A stretch of 64,000 nucleotides of DNA from Eledone cirrhosa (lineage: Eukaryota), in the NCBI GenBank assembly GCA_964016885.1, contig OZ024742.1, positions 213,714,001 through 213,778,000 of the forward strand, read 5' to 3'. Under the pieces are notes generated by a model. That model was not told the origin of the DNA and made no database searches. It saw only the letters and a list, made by a program, of their open reading frames with translations. The translations under genes and the position numbers were made by a program. This document shows positions 26,918 to 39,113 of this stretch, in pieces (the first letter of the stretch is position 1; each line of letters opens with the position of its first letter).

Positions 26918-28355
26918 ACATATGTTTTTATATATATATATGTAGAATATGGGGCTAGGTTTTGCTGTCTGAAAAGCTCAGGCTATCATAATTGATATTC
27001 CTCAGTGAAATATGTATAACAGAGTTTTAAATAAACCTGAATCAACTGATTATAGCCCCTCCGATCATTTTGTTATATATAAAGTTATATATAAATATGT
27101 TTGTATATATTTATATATGTGTATTTAGACCCCCGCCCCCACACATATTGAGAAATTATTCTTTCGAATTATTATATATGAATCATCACCTTGATCTCTA
27201 CTAGGAACATAAATTATCTCTTCCAAAACAGAGAAAATGTAAAGAAAGCATTCAAGTATCTTAACTGATGAAGAATCAGTACTATGATTAGCTTTTCTGG
27301 TTGCTACTACTTTTGTTGTTGCTGTTTAGCCATCGATTATCTTTAATCAAGTAAACACATGACTTAAAATGTTCCAACCATGACAATCTCAACATTTTGT
27401 ATACCAAAACTACAATATCTAATGCATTCTTCCCTTCTTAATATAGTAGTGGGTGATTTCTAGTAGTTTGAACGATCATGAAGAAGCTCTCTTGCTGGCT
27501 AATGTGGTTTTGTGATATTCAGTAGAGAATAAACTATCTTCCTCTTGAATGAGATGTTAGTTTCTTGGAAATGTAAAGTATGTTGACAAGGCTCCCTCAA
27601 GATCAGTTGCTACTGACTTTAACTGTTTCAGGGTTCAGTTATGTCACCCCAAATGTTTTATCTGTCCATGAAGAACCTGCTTGTTGCTACTTCTAATCAA
27701 TCCAATTTTCAACAAAATAATATCACTTTTCTCTCCTTATTAACTAACTGTCCAAGATACATGAAAGATGGAATAGAATACCTTTAATTATATGTCTGCT
27801 TGATCAGGAGTAATCTACATTATCTCTGTTGATTCAAAGCAATATAACCAAGAGGATGAATTAAAGATTGTCATGCTGCTGTCAAGTGCTATGGTTAACA
27901 TGCAACCTGACACATGGTCGGGTTGTTAGCAATTAATTTGGCAACTTCACCAAATTTGCTTGGTGAGAAAAAGCGAATTTTGGAAACCCCACAGAATGAA
28001 AAACAAAGCCTGTCCAAGGGCAGAGGAACTAAGCGAAGCAAATAATGTGCACAAATAATAAATGCGCATAGAGAACTCATTAGTCTTGGCTGGTAATCTG
28101 TCTAGGAGATAGATCAGTCTGATTTTAAAACTAAGGTAGATAGGACTCCTTTGTCACCTTTTATGTGGCCAACAGCAGCATTCTTGTGATGAAGGGAGAT
28201 GAGCCAGCTTCCGGGTTATGGTTGAACAAGGATTCAGGTACTTTTTACCTGATGTGAACACACAATATCACATAGATGAGCATGTTTTCCAACCCTCAGC
28301 AATGAGGACGAGAAGAGACAGACTGGATCAAACAAGATCATCTCTCTCTCTCTCT

Positions 28356-28457
<102 letters not shown>

Positions 28458-29439
28458 AAAAGCAAGTCGGCTGTGTGTGTGTCTGTCTGTGTACAAACAA
28501 ATACTAGGCTCCTTTTAACTTTTGAAGTACTAGGCCAATTTGGCACGTGCTGTTGAGGCGACCTCTCATTGGCTAGCCAATTAGCTGACATAAGATGACA
28601 TGCACTCAGAAATTGCTAGCTAACCCATAAACGACCTTGAACAATTCAGGCTGTCATTCATTTCCCGAGCAGCACCGGGTACATATGCTAGTATATATAT
28701 ATATATATATATCATCACCGTTTAATGTCCATTTTTCCATGCTTGCATAGGTCAGACGTGCCATCTGCATCCTGAGACAAGTCTGACCAGGTTTGGCCAT
28801 GCTGTACCTTGCTCCGATGAGACTGTAAATTTGGCCGGGGTTTTTACACCTGGATGCCCTTCCTAACATCAACCACATTTATTATATATATATTATACAC
28901 ACACACGCACACATATATATATATTCCCGGTCCATTCATCTATCTGTATCATATCGTCCAGAATCCAATCTTTTTTTTTTCAATGCTATTCAATAATTCT
29001 GTCTGATTGTTCAAAATAATCTTCTTGTATTTTAAAATCCCATAATTCTTCTCTTATTACTGTTATATGCTCGTTCAATTATGGCCCAAATTCGAGGGTT
29101 TTATTTTATAACCTTCTCGCTAACTACCCCATACTACTCCCACCCACCCCCACTCGCCACCATTATTATTTGGACCAATCATAATTCAGCGGCCTATGCT
29201 ATCACTACTTAAGTTTAGACTTGGTTGACTTTCGATATGTTGGATGGACTACGGAATTCTGGAGAGTCTGAAAAATCTGGACACTCAGTGACAATGCCAA
29301 ATATAAAGACAAATTAACCTCATGCTGCCGGACGAGAATGCAAGGACTCCTCCTCTTTATTTCGGCCGCGGATGGCTAACATAACCCCATCTCTCTCTCC
29401 CCTCCCTGCGCCCCATCCTTCCCACCCACCAAAAGCAAT

Positions 29440-29900
29440 CAAAAACTTCAGAGTTGGTACCATGAATGTAGGCACCTTAAAAGGTCTCTCTAACGAGATT
29501 GTAGAGATGCTTGAACGTAAGGACGTTACATGGCAGTGAGACCTGGGCATTGTGTGCAGAGGATATACGTAGACTGGAGAGGAACGAAGCTTGCATGCTC
29601 CGTTGGATGTGTAATAGTAATATACGTGAACGGCAAGGTATAAATGAACTAAGTGAGAAATTAGGAATAAGAGGAATCAGATGTTGTTTACTCGAGAGAA
29701 GACTACGTTGGTATGACCACGTGATGCGCATGAAAGACGACAGCTGTATAAAAAAGTGCAGGGCGATCAAAATTGATGGTAGTTACGGAGTAGGTAGACC
29801 CAGAAAAACCTGGGACAACTTGATAAATTCCGACCTCACACACTTACACCTCTCCAAGACAATGTCACTGGACTGAGATCTTTGGCGCTACACAGTAATA
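29440..29900 (+). mobile_element. internally deleted RTE-type LINE (APE start fused to ORF 3' end)
   Basis: RVGTMNVGTLKGLSNEIVEMLERK runs directly into LHGSETW...RRLRWYDHVMR...GRPRKTW. Confidence 0.8.
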
Positions 29901-30987
29901 CAGAAGACCCTCCTTGCCTAAGTACAAAGCGAAACCTACAGTCAGTAGGCACCTCTTAACCAAACTACACCCCCGTCCCACTACCCATACCCCCACCCCC
30001 ATCTACACCACCCCTTTCGAGGTAAAGTTATGTTGGTACCACAACATCCAGTCCTAAATAGATGAGATCGTGTAGGTGTCACGACAAAAAAACACACAGT
30101 CCACGCTGTAATGTGGCCATGTAGGTAACACGGTAAAAACCTCCCAGTCCACACTGTAAACGTGGTTGGTGTTAGGAAGGGCATCCAGCCGGAAAAACCC
30201 GCCAGACAGTCCTATACGAGCAAGACAACCACTCTTGCCTCAAGTGGGACAATTCCCGTCCAAACCCATGCTAGCGTGGAAGATGGACGTTAAATGATGA
30301 TGATGATGATATAAACATATATTTCACGTGACTAAAGGTACACAGTATAGTGGTTGGCATTTGGATAGGCACCCAACCAAGGAATATCAAGCCCCAAATG
30401 GATCATATGAGAAGTTCATGGTTACCTGACCTGTCTAGCCTCATAATGTGATAGCCTGTCTGACCCATGCAAGTATGGAAAATAGACGTTAAACAGTGAT
30501 ACTGGTGGTATACAGATGTTAAATGATGATGATTATACATAAATATATGAAATTGTGCATTAAGCAGTCAATCATCATCATCATTTAATTTTACGTCCGC
30601 TTTTCCCTGCTTGCAAGGGTGCGACGGGAACTGATTCTGGCTTGATTTCTACAGCTGGATGCCCTTCCAAACACCAACCTCATTTACAGTGAGTGCTGGG
30701 TGTTTTTTTGCCGTGGCACCTCCACGACCACTTTGCAGTGGAATGATATGAACCCCAGTCCCTATCATCTACAGCTGAGTAAACTGGAGTAATGTGAAAT
30801 AAAGTGTCTTGCTCAAGGAAACAACATATCACCCGGTCTTAGAATTGAACTCACAACCTTTCGATTGCAAGGCCAATGCTCTAACCATGTCAATGAATAT
30901 GATAATTATATATATATATATATACCGTAAAGAGGTAATTGAAACTATGTAAATCTGTATATACATTTACGCATTGTGTGTATATAG

Positions 30988-31018
<31 letters not shown>

Positions 31019-31044
31019 CTTCTTCACTCACTTAATCCTAGCAG

Positions 31045-31290
31045 TGACATGGGGGGCAGAGTCCTCAAACACTCCTTCTAGTGGGTCCTGTTAGAAGCAA
31101 CCGTCTCCAATTGATCCGGCTGGATCCCCCAAGTTAGACCAACCAAAGCTCATAGATGTTATCCAACCACCTTCCTCGGGGTCTACCCCTGGGTCGCCTA
31201 CCGGTTGGCTTTTCCTGCAAAATCTGTCCAGCGATTCTTTCAGCAATTCTTTCCTGAGACATTCTAACCACATGCCCGTAGTGTTGGGAC
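31045..31290 (-). mobile_element. Expander/RTE LINE 3' fragment
   Basis: PTGRRPRGRPR.RW.D-like coding remnant; adjacent (CTT)n tract. Confidence 0.65.
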
Positions 31291-31364
31291 AGTGATCTCT
31301 TTCATGTAAACATGTCGAATTTAAATGTATTTCAATTTACAAGTGAATATCTAAGATTTGACAC

Positions 31365-31670
31365 ATCATCATCATCACTCGTGGACTACTGTCGAGATGA
31401 TGGATCTCACTCTCATGCCCCAGAATCCCCTGTCCCCCATCGCTGCCCCCAGGTCCTGTCTGCTGATTCCCGTATCCCTAGAGATAACGTCAGGGAATGA
31501 CAGCTTCCTACTCCTAGTCAGGCTGGAGTCAGGGTTCCAGAGCAAGAGAGCGGATATGATTTCATTGCTGGCACGGTGACAGTAGCCAGCAAATTGAGCT
31601 CTCCGGGATTTTAGAAGGGCAGAGGCTCGAGGGAGTTTGCCATAGATTTTAGACAAGGTGGGATGTCTAT
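31365..31670 (-). mobile_element. RTE-group LINE 3' fragment with (GAT)n tail
   Basis: HPTLSKIYGKLP...RRAQFAGYCHR...LLLW. Confidence 0.7.
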
Positions 31671-31894
31671 ATTCTTTGTGTGTAAATTTATGTTCACATT
31701 TATGCATTCTTGGTCACCTCTATATTATATATATATATATATTTATTGTATTCTTCAACTGCTTAGAGCACAATTTTATATATGTAAACATTAATTACCA
31801 AATTAGCGCTTATATGCAAATTTCAGCAATAAGTGATAGGGCACATTAACCTCTTTGTTATGTAGTTCCTTGTGGTTGTTTCGGTGATGTACAT

Positions 31895-31939
31895 ATCTTC
31901 TGATGAGAACTCAAATAGGTTTGAAAACCGATTAAAGAT
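31895..31939 (+). ncRNA. minimal type I hammerhead ribozyme motif
   Basis: atctt-CTGATGA-gaac(tcaaatag)gttt-GAAA-accgat-TA-aagat. Confidence 0.7.
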
Positions 31940-32091
31940 GTTCATTATTTTTTTTTCAATTTAGTGAATGATACATAAAACTTTATATATTTACAAATCT
32001 ATACACTGAATAATTAAATTTATATACACATTTACACAGCTATGGTTACCTCTGTAATGTATATATACAGATATATATATTTAAATATATA

Positions 32092-32163
<72 letters not shown>

Positions 32164-32283
32164 TAACCCATGGTAGCGTGGAAGATTGACGTTAAACGAA
32201 GATAATGATGATGATGATGATGATAATATACATATATATATCATATACTGTACCCATTGTGTTGTTATTTCTGTTTACCCTTT

Positions 32284-32332
<49 letters not shown>

Positions 32333-32381
32333 AAAACGTACGTCCTCTTCCTGCTATATCAAGCGTTAACCTAATATATCC

Positions 32382-33706
32382 CGGATAATTGGATTCTATT
32401 ATATTTTATATTTATGAGATGAAAGAATGGTATTTAACTAATGTAATGGTACGCGATGGGGCCCGGCCACAACCCCGGTGGACAGAATGGAGAAGGCATT
32501 TCCCCGGGGGACGGCAAGGGAGACGCGCTGGAAAAGCCACTCCAACTCGCGGGGCTCACACCTACGGCTGGCCAGCTCAGCGCCTATGGTGGTGAGTAAG
32601 GAGGTAGCCCTGGGGCTGAGGACACCAGAAGTCTCCACTGCCAGGGGAACGACCGCAAACCTGTCGGAGAGCGACCGGTATTTGAGGAGTTTGGCCCCCA
32701 CAGCCCGACGTGCAGCAGAACCTGGGTCAGTCGCAGACTGCACCAGGTTGCGGCTGCAGAAAGTGTCGGTGCAAGTGGCATCCCAGACGAGGGGTTTGCC
32801 ACCGCGGAACGGGAAGATGGTCATGCCATCTGTCCTTTTGCCGTCCCCTCGATCCAGCCCCACCGGCTCGATCTGGGAAGGGAAGCCTGCAGCGTCCAAG
32901 CCATGCTTAATGACCTCGTTGAGGGCAGTATGGCGTGGAATGCGGCCGGCACTGTAGCGACAGGAAAGCGGGTGGAAGCTGAAAGAGTCCACGGTGGAAC
33001 CGCAGCGACATTGTTGTGGCTGGCAGATCCGGAGGCCCAGCCTCAGGGAAACGCCGATTCGCAGGCTATGGTTGTCTAGCTGCGTGCCAGTGGAGAAGGA
33101 GGGCAGAGCATGGAGCCAGGCACCACTGTGGGGTTTGGAGGCCGCACGAAAACAAGCAAGGCGGTGCTGGTCGATCTGGCGCGTGAACCTGTCTGAGGCC
33201 AGGCTGCACTGGATGGCATCCCATGTGCGTTGGGGGGACTTGACGTCAACAAGGGGAGAAGGAGGAGGGACATCTACTGGGCTATGTCCCAGCCGGTCCC
33301 ACGTCTCACAGGCGGCCTCACGTTCTCTGAACACAGAGGGTTCTGTTGTGTTTTGAAGAACCCTGCTGACGAGGACGCGGCACGAGGTTACCGACGAAAG
33401 ATACGCCGGCAAAGCTAGTGAGATCGGGGACCGGATCCTAGGCCGCCATACCTGACCGGTAAAGTGGCCTGTGCGTGCTGAATTCTGGGTCTTTCCGCTG
33501 GGAACAACCCTTTGTTTCGACCCCCTCCCTTTTTTTGTGTGTACATCCATCCATTCACTCATTCATTTACTGCCATTCTACCTTCCTGTGTCTCCTCCTC
33601 CATGCAGCCCCTTTTCGCTCTCGTTTTCTGGCACCTCCATATATATAGGTGAGCTATGCTGCCCTCTTACCAGCACCTCCCTCACAGCTACCGGACACGC
33701 CGATCC
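32382..33706 (-). mobile_element. CRE-like (RLE-type) non-LTR element lacking the RT core
   Basis: GC-rich block interrupting a repeat seen intact at 425-515; carries the ORF below. Confidence 0.75.
32438..33562 (-). CDS. 374-aa ORF: post-RT region, CCHC zinc finger, restriction-like endonuclease
   Basis: SGAWLHALP, CRCG...HPLSC, RH..LN, EP...DGKRTDG (RPDG-like), LVWDATC, PLAVETSG, RGNA; ATG start, no internal stop. Confidence 0.75.
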   Translation of the reverse strand: MSEWMDVHTKKGRGSKQRVVPSGKTQNSARTGHFTGQVWRPRIRSPISLALPAYLSSVTSCRVLVSRVLQNTTEPSVFREREAACETWDRLGHSPVDVPPPSPLVDVKSPQRTWDAIQCSLASDRFTRQIDQHRLACFRAASKPHSGAWLHALPSFSTGTQLDNHSLRIGVSLRLGLRICQPQQCRCGSTVDSFSFHPLSCRYSAGRIPRHTALNEVIKHGLDAAGFPSQIEPVGLDRGDGKRTDGMTIFPFRGGKPLVWDATCTDTFCSRNLVQSATDPGSAARRAVGAKLLKYRSLSDRFAVVPLAVETSGVLSPRATSLLTTIGAELASRRCEPRELEWLFQRVSLAVPRGNAFSILSTGVVAGPHRVPLH

Positions 33707-33738
33707 ACCGATTCTGTTGTTATTTCTGTTTATCTTTT

Positions 33739-33824
<86 letters not shown>

Positions 33825-34090
33825 GTACATATGTATCTTACTAATTTTATTTTTTACATCTTTAGCTTTCTTCACAGTTTGAGAATAATTGCATGTGATA
33901 TCATAAGCCATCATTGCCATATTGATTAAAATCTAGCAGGCGACAGTATTCTGCCAACCTTCCTGTTTACTTTGCTATTTGAAGCTAAATTCCAGAAAAT
34001 TATTTTTCAATATGCTTTGTTGATATCTTAATTAACTTTATTCACTCTTTTCTTTTCGAATTTTGGTCGTTATTGTTATTATTATTATTA

Positions 34091-34134
<44 letters not shown>

Positions 34135-37100
34135 GGGCGCACATGTATGAAGACGCACAAGTCTGCGGAGGAAAAAAAGGTTCGTAACTTTAAGCTGTTT
34201 TAAAGTATCATTTTTTGTATTTTCTTTTCGTTAACGAAGCACAAAGTACCCACCTTGGTTCCAAGGGAGGGAGACCTCTCAACATTCGGGCTTTAAGCCC
34301 GAATATTCAGATTTAGTTTTAAAAACTTCGAAAAATGTTTGACCTTGGAAATTTTTGACCTTGAAACGGTAAACAACGTTCAGGTCAAAAGTTCAAAAGC
34401 AGCCACTGTAGATTTCACCACAACTACTACTACTACTACATACATGCCTGTCATCCTCTCCACTGAATGTGAAGGCAAAACTCAAAAGCTACCATCACAA
34501 CCGCTCCCTTCTGTGTTAACAGTAGTATCATCTGAAAACGACATCACCACCACCACCACCACCACCACCGCCACCACCACCACCACCACAACAACAACAA
34601 CTCAGAGCAACAACGACAATAACACCGACAGCTTCAATGTAAACACGGATGGCGGTGGCAACACCAACAACAAACAAAACAACAACACCAATAACAACAG
34701 CAAGAACGACAACACCAACAACAAGAGCAACAGATGCTCCACCTTTGCTGCAGCAGCAGCAAAAATAAAGCGCTTATTGAATATTGATATTAGCGATAAA
34801 GATGAACAGTTGGCCCAGGCGTGGAGGTTAATTAAACGGGAGAAGTCCTGGACAAACTTGACCATCCCGGACGGGGCAATAGCGGCCATGCAAAGGAGGA
34901 CTGTGTACTTTCGATGCATTTCGGTGCAGACGCGCAAAGTAGAACTCGCCAGCCAAGCAGAGGTCGAGGCTGCTTTGAGGTGTATCGAAAGTGACATAGA
35001 GTATAAAGCAAGGGCCAAACAGTTCGGTACCATCTTGGTACTGTTCAAAACCGAAGCCCTTGCTATTAAGCACTCGGTGACCCCCTGCAAAACGGAACGG
35101 ATTATCATGCACCCGTCCTACATGGGTAAAAGGACAGTAAAGGTCCGCATTCCCAGCATCGCACCAGGAATGAACATATGGTGGTTGCTGGGATGCGTAA
35201 TCGAGGAGGGGACAGACACTACCCTCCTGGATATCAAAAGGACAGAGAGAGAAGACTGGTCCGGAATGGAGTTGGAGATTCTTCTCCAAATGAAACCGGA
35301 GGACATGAACAACATCCCGAATTTTGCCCGCCTGCGGGACGGGACAACAATCCAACTAATCAGTGAGGGAAGAAGACCGCACTGCTTCGTCTGCGGGGAA
35401 GCAACGCATCTGCAAGTCTTCTGCCATCAGCGCAAAAATGCAGGGGGTCGCAAACCTCCTTTGTTGCCAACGCCAGTGTCAGCACGGAAAGCTGCACCAC
35501 CACCAAAAACAACACCAACAAAGACACGGACACCAACATCAAAAACAGCTGGATCACCACCAACACCCAAACCAATCCAAGGGGAAAACGAGGAAAGCCC
35601 CCCCCCCCAATTATACACATAGATAACACAAGAAACGCACACACAGACACAGAGACACTCACAGCCACAGACCCTTTGTCTTCCAGCAGCGAAAATGAAG
35701 GAAAACCCAAAAGTGCAAAAAACCCAGAAAACTCACAAAAAAAAAAAAAAAGCCCCAACAAAACACAAAAACACACAACAAAAAATACAGACACCACTAA
35801 TGAAAACACTTCCCCAATAACATCAGCACCAACAGCAACATCGACACCACCCCCACAAACGCAAACAACCTAAACAAAGACAAGAACAAATAAACACACA
35901 AATACCTGAAATTGCAGACACCACACCTACAACAAACACAGACATACTCGAAACAACACCACCAAAACCATCACCACCACAGTCACCAAAACGAAAACAA
36001 ATAAAACCACACCAACAAAATGTTAAAAACTTCGTGCTTGTCAGAAGGGCCAACGATAAACTGATGGCCCTCTTAGCACGAAGCGAGGACATTCAAACAG
36101 AGGGGGAGATCTTTGAAATGAGCACATTTTGCGTCCAGAAGATTTGCTTCTGGTCCGAATGTCACTCGATTCCTTCAAAGAAATTCGGGAGAGCTTTCCT
36201 CAAGACGTGGGAACCCCGAATGTGAAACCCACATCGAGACTTTTAAAGGGGTTCCCAAAAGAAACCGCACCAACCATGGAGGTCGAGCCACCCGACCTTC
36301 ACAAGACCCCGGGAGGTAAGTAAACCTTCCCTCCCTCTTTTAGCTTGCCAACATGGCCATATTAAGAGTAGGAAGTTTAAATGTTCGTGGCCTGGGGTCA
36401 CCCTAGAAGCAGGGTCGCCTGCTCAACGACCTCAGGTCGCTGGAAATGGATGTGATTGCGATCAGCGAGACCAGAATTTCCGACACGCGCGCACTAGCCC
36501 CAATTTTCGACGACTATCAGATCTTGTTCTCTGTTAGCAGGCCGGGAGTGTGAGGTGGCGTGGCAGTGCTGTTTAGGAAAGGACTGGATCTCGATTTTCC
36601 GGGACCCGGACGGTAAGTTGGTGGTCTTGGATGTGAGCAGTAGCGAAGGTGGTGCCTTTAGACTGCTGGCCGTCTACGCCCCTACAGGGGCCGGACGACC
36701 GGACTTCTTTAGGCGCCTGGAGACCTTTCTGGCTACGTCTCACCTTTTACTGTTAGCGGGGGACTGGAATGGCATCTTAGACGCACGCTGGGATTGTCTG
36801 GGAGTAGCTGATAGGAGCGGGGTGTGCAAAAGCCTCAAGCACCTACTCAGCCAGTTCCAACTGTCTGGCAGGAATCGACTAGATTTCCCCAATGCGCCAG
36901 TATGGACATGGACCAACCGAATGGGGTCATCTAGATCGTATATAGACAGGATCTTCATTAGGAAAATAGATAGAAATAGTGTAGGATGCCCACTTTTTAA
37001 AACGGTCGCCTATTCAGATAACAAATTTGTGATCTGTATGGTCGACCTAAATAAGACGCGTAGGTTGGGACCGGGTTACTGGAAGCTGAACATGTCATTT

Positions 37101-37830
37101 CCGGTACGTAAGGCTTACAGAGACCGAGTTAACAATTTAGTTAAGCAAAAGTTGACAAGGGTGATCATCATCAACAGATGGTGGTGGTGGTGGTGGTGGT
37201 GGTGGGGGCTCTCAAAGGAGAGATTAAAGTAACTTCGATAGAGTTCAGCAAAGAACTACTGTTAGAGAAAAATAGAAAGGAGGAGGAGCTGGTAGATAAG
37301 TTAGACGAGGCTATTTTTAGTGGCATTGCAACTGACGTGCTAGCGGCGAGAATGGCATTAGACCATTTCTTCAATGCGAAACACGAAGGCTGCATTGTCA
37401 GAGCTAAGGCGCGTGCGCTGAGAAACGAGGGATCCAAAGCTGTTCGATGGGCCCGCGTGGCAGAGGCGCAGCGTGGTAATAAAACCACGATTCGGTCTCT
37501 GGCGGACCGAGTCGGACACGAGATAAGCGATTCCAAGCGGATGTGTGAGGCCCTTCGCCAGCACTTTGCTCGGTTGTTCGGGGAGAGTGGCGAGTCAGAG
37601 AGAGTAGCGGAATTCAGTCCCTATCTTGACGGCTTGCCGCGCATCGCGAAAGTTGACGCTTAGCGCTGCGAAAGGCCGATTACTTCAGCCGAAATTCAGG
37701 ACGCCCTTGTCGGCTGCATGAGGCGCAAGTTTGGATGGCTTGCCCTACGAGTTTTACGTAAATATGCCAGACTTGTTCTCCGATCTCCTCGAAGCACTCT
37801 ACTGCAACTGGCAGCAGAATGTGAGTATTC
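34135..37830 (+). mobile_element. Tx1/L1-clade LINE, 3'-truncated
   Basis: ORF1 with zinc knuckle; ORF2 ATG at 36353 (VGSLNVRG, AVYAP, LAGDWNG, SYIDRIF, PGYWKLN) with stops; preceded by (TTA)n 34069-34134. Confidence 0.92.
34339..35622 (+). CDS. Tx1-like ORF1 (gag-like); continues via frameshifts to about 36323
   Basis: CFVCGEATHLQVFC (CX2CX4HX4C); clearly homologous to 57512-58678; true start uncertain (first ATG 34444). Confidence 0.8.
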   Translation: MTLEIFDLETVNNVQVKSSKAATVDFTTTTTTTTYMPVILSTECEGKTQKLPSQPLPSVLTVVSSENDITTTTTTTTATTTTTTTTTTQSNNDNNTDSFNVNTDGGGNTNNKQNNNTNNNSKNDNTNNKSNRCSTFAAAAAKIKRLLNIDISDKDEQLAQAWRLIKREKSWTNLTIPDGAIAAMQRRTVYFRCISVQTRKVELASQAEVEAALRCIESDIEYKARAKQFGTILVLFKTEALAIKHSVTPCKTERIIMHPSYMGKRTVKVRIPSIAPGMNIWWLLGCVIEEGTDTTLLDIKRTEREDWSGMELEILLQMKPEDMNNIPNFARLRDGTTIQLISEGRRPHCFVCGEATHLQVFCHQRKNAGGRKPPLLPTPVSARKAAPPPKTTPTKTRTPTSKTAGSPPTPKPIQGENEESPPPQLYT

Positions 37831-38560
37831 AAAACTGAGGCGCTTGCTATCAAGCATTCTATGGTCTCCTGTAATATGGACCAAATAATCATGTACCCAT
37901 CCTACATGGGGAGGAGGACTGTAAGGGACCGTGTTTCCAGCATTCCGCAGGGACTGGACTTATGGTGGCTCCTGGGATACGTGGCAGCAGAGGGCCCTGA
38001 GACTCTCCTCGACATCAAATTTACAAAGAGAGAGAGGTGGTCTGGGGCAGGTTTGGAGATTCTTCTCAAATCAGACTCAAAGACATCAAAAATATCCCAG
38101 ACCATATCAAACTACCAGACGGGCATGAAATCCAGGTAGTCATAGAGGGCAAATGGCCACACTGTTTCGTTTGTGGAGAAGCCACACATCTGCGAGTCTT
38201 TTTCCCCCAGGTGAAAACTGCAAGGGGCCACAAACCTCCATTGCTGCCAAGCCCGGTGATGGGACAAAAGACAACATCAGTAGCAGCACCAGCAACAGTA
38301 AAGGAAACAGCACTACCAGCAACAAAAGAGCAGCTATAACACCAACAAGGACTATTAAAACCACCCAGGAAGTCACCCAAATAAGCCCTCCCTCACTGCA
38401 TCTTTCAAACAAACACTCACAGAACAACACTCACACACCCACTCTCTTCTAGGAGACAGTTCCCAGACATCAGTTCCTCCCCATACCCAAGTGAAGATGA
38501 GGGCAAAGCCCCCAAACCAAAAAAAGCAAAAAAGAAAAGACAAAAAGAAAAAAAATATTG
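37826..38560 (+). mobile_element. second Tx1 ORF1 fragment joined to the truncated ORF2
   Basis: MYPSYMGRRTV...LWWLLG...HCFVCGEATHL, a diverged paralog of 35045-35700. Confidence 0.85.
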
Positions 38561-38562
38561 AT

Positions 38563-39113
38563 AGAGAGTATAGAGACCACCCTTGATTGACCAATCGGGT
38601 GATCTGAAATGGTTCCAAAAGATGGCCATTAACTTTGACCAACAAGCAGATACCACTGTGCATTGCAGTGATCCAACTTCTGAAGACATGACTGAAGCCT
38701 AAATTGATCAGAGCCCCACCAAGGCCAGGGTTACACCCTATTCTCTCTATGATGTATCGGATGAGGTGGACGTTGTTGTGAATGGATCTGGTTGAGATTG
38801 TACAAGTTTGCTCCTCCCCTACCAAATCCTCGACGACAAGTGCCAACTTCTTCGCTAACACCTTGGCCAAAATCTTAAACTCTCTGTTTAGCAAAGTTAT
38901 GGGCCTGAAGTTGTCAAGTGTATTCCTTTTCTTCTCATCTTTCTTTATCAGCATCACTATGCCCAGCTCACAGAACTGGGACTACTCCCATTCTGTTGCC
39001 AGTTGCAGTAAAACACTTCAAGGAGATTGGAGAACAAGTCTGGCATATTTACGTAAAGCTCGTAGGGCAGATCATCCAAACTGGGTGACTTGTGCCTCGT
39101 GCAGCTGACTAGG
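38563..39113 (-). mobile_element. inverted Tx1 RT fragment
   Basis: NFRPITLLNREFKILAKVLA...EQTC...NNVHLIRYII, homologous to 54860-55460. Confidence 0.88.

Noticed and set aside
36316-36343. 28-nt intron joining Tx1 ORF1 to ORF2
   Set aside because: Too short for typical spliceosomal removal, and the AG is absent in the second copy
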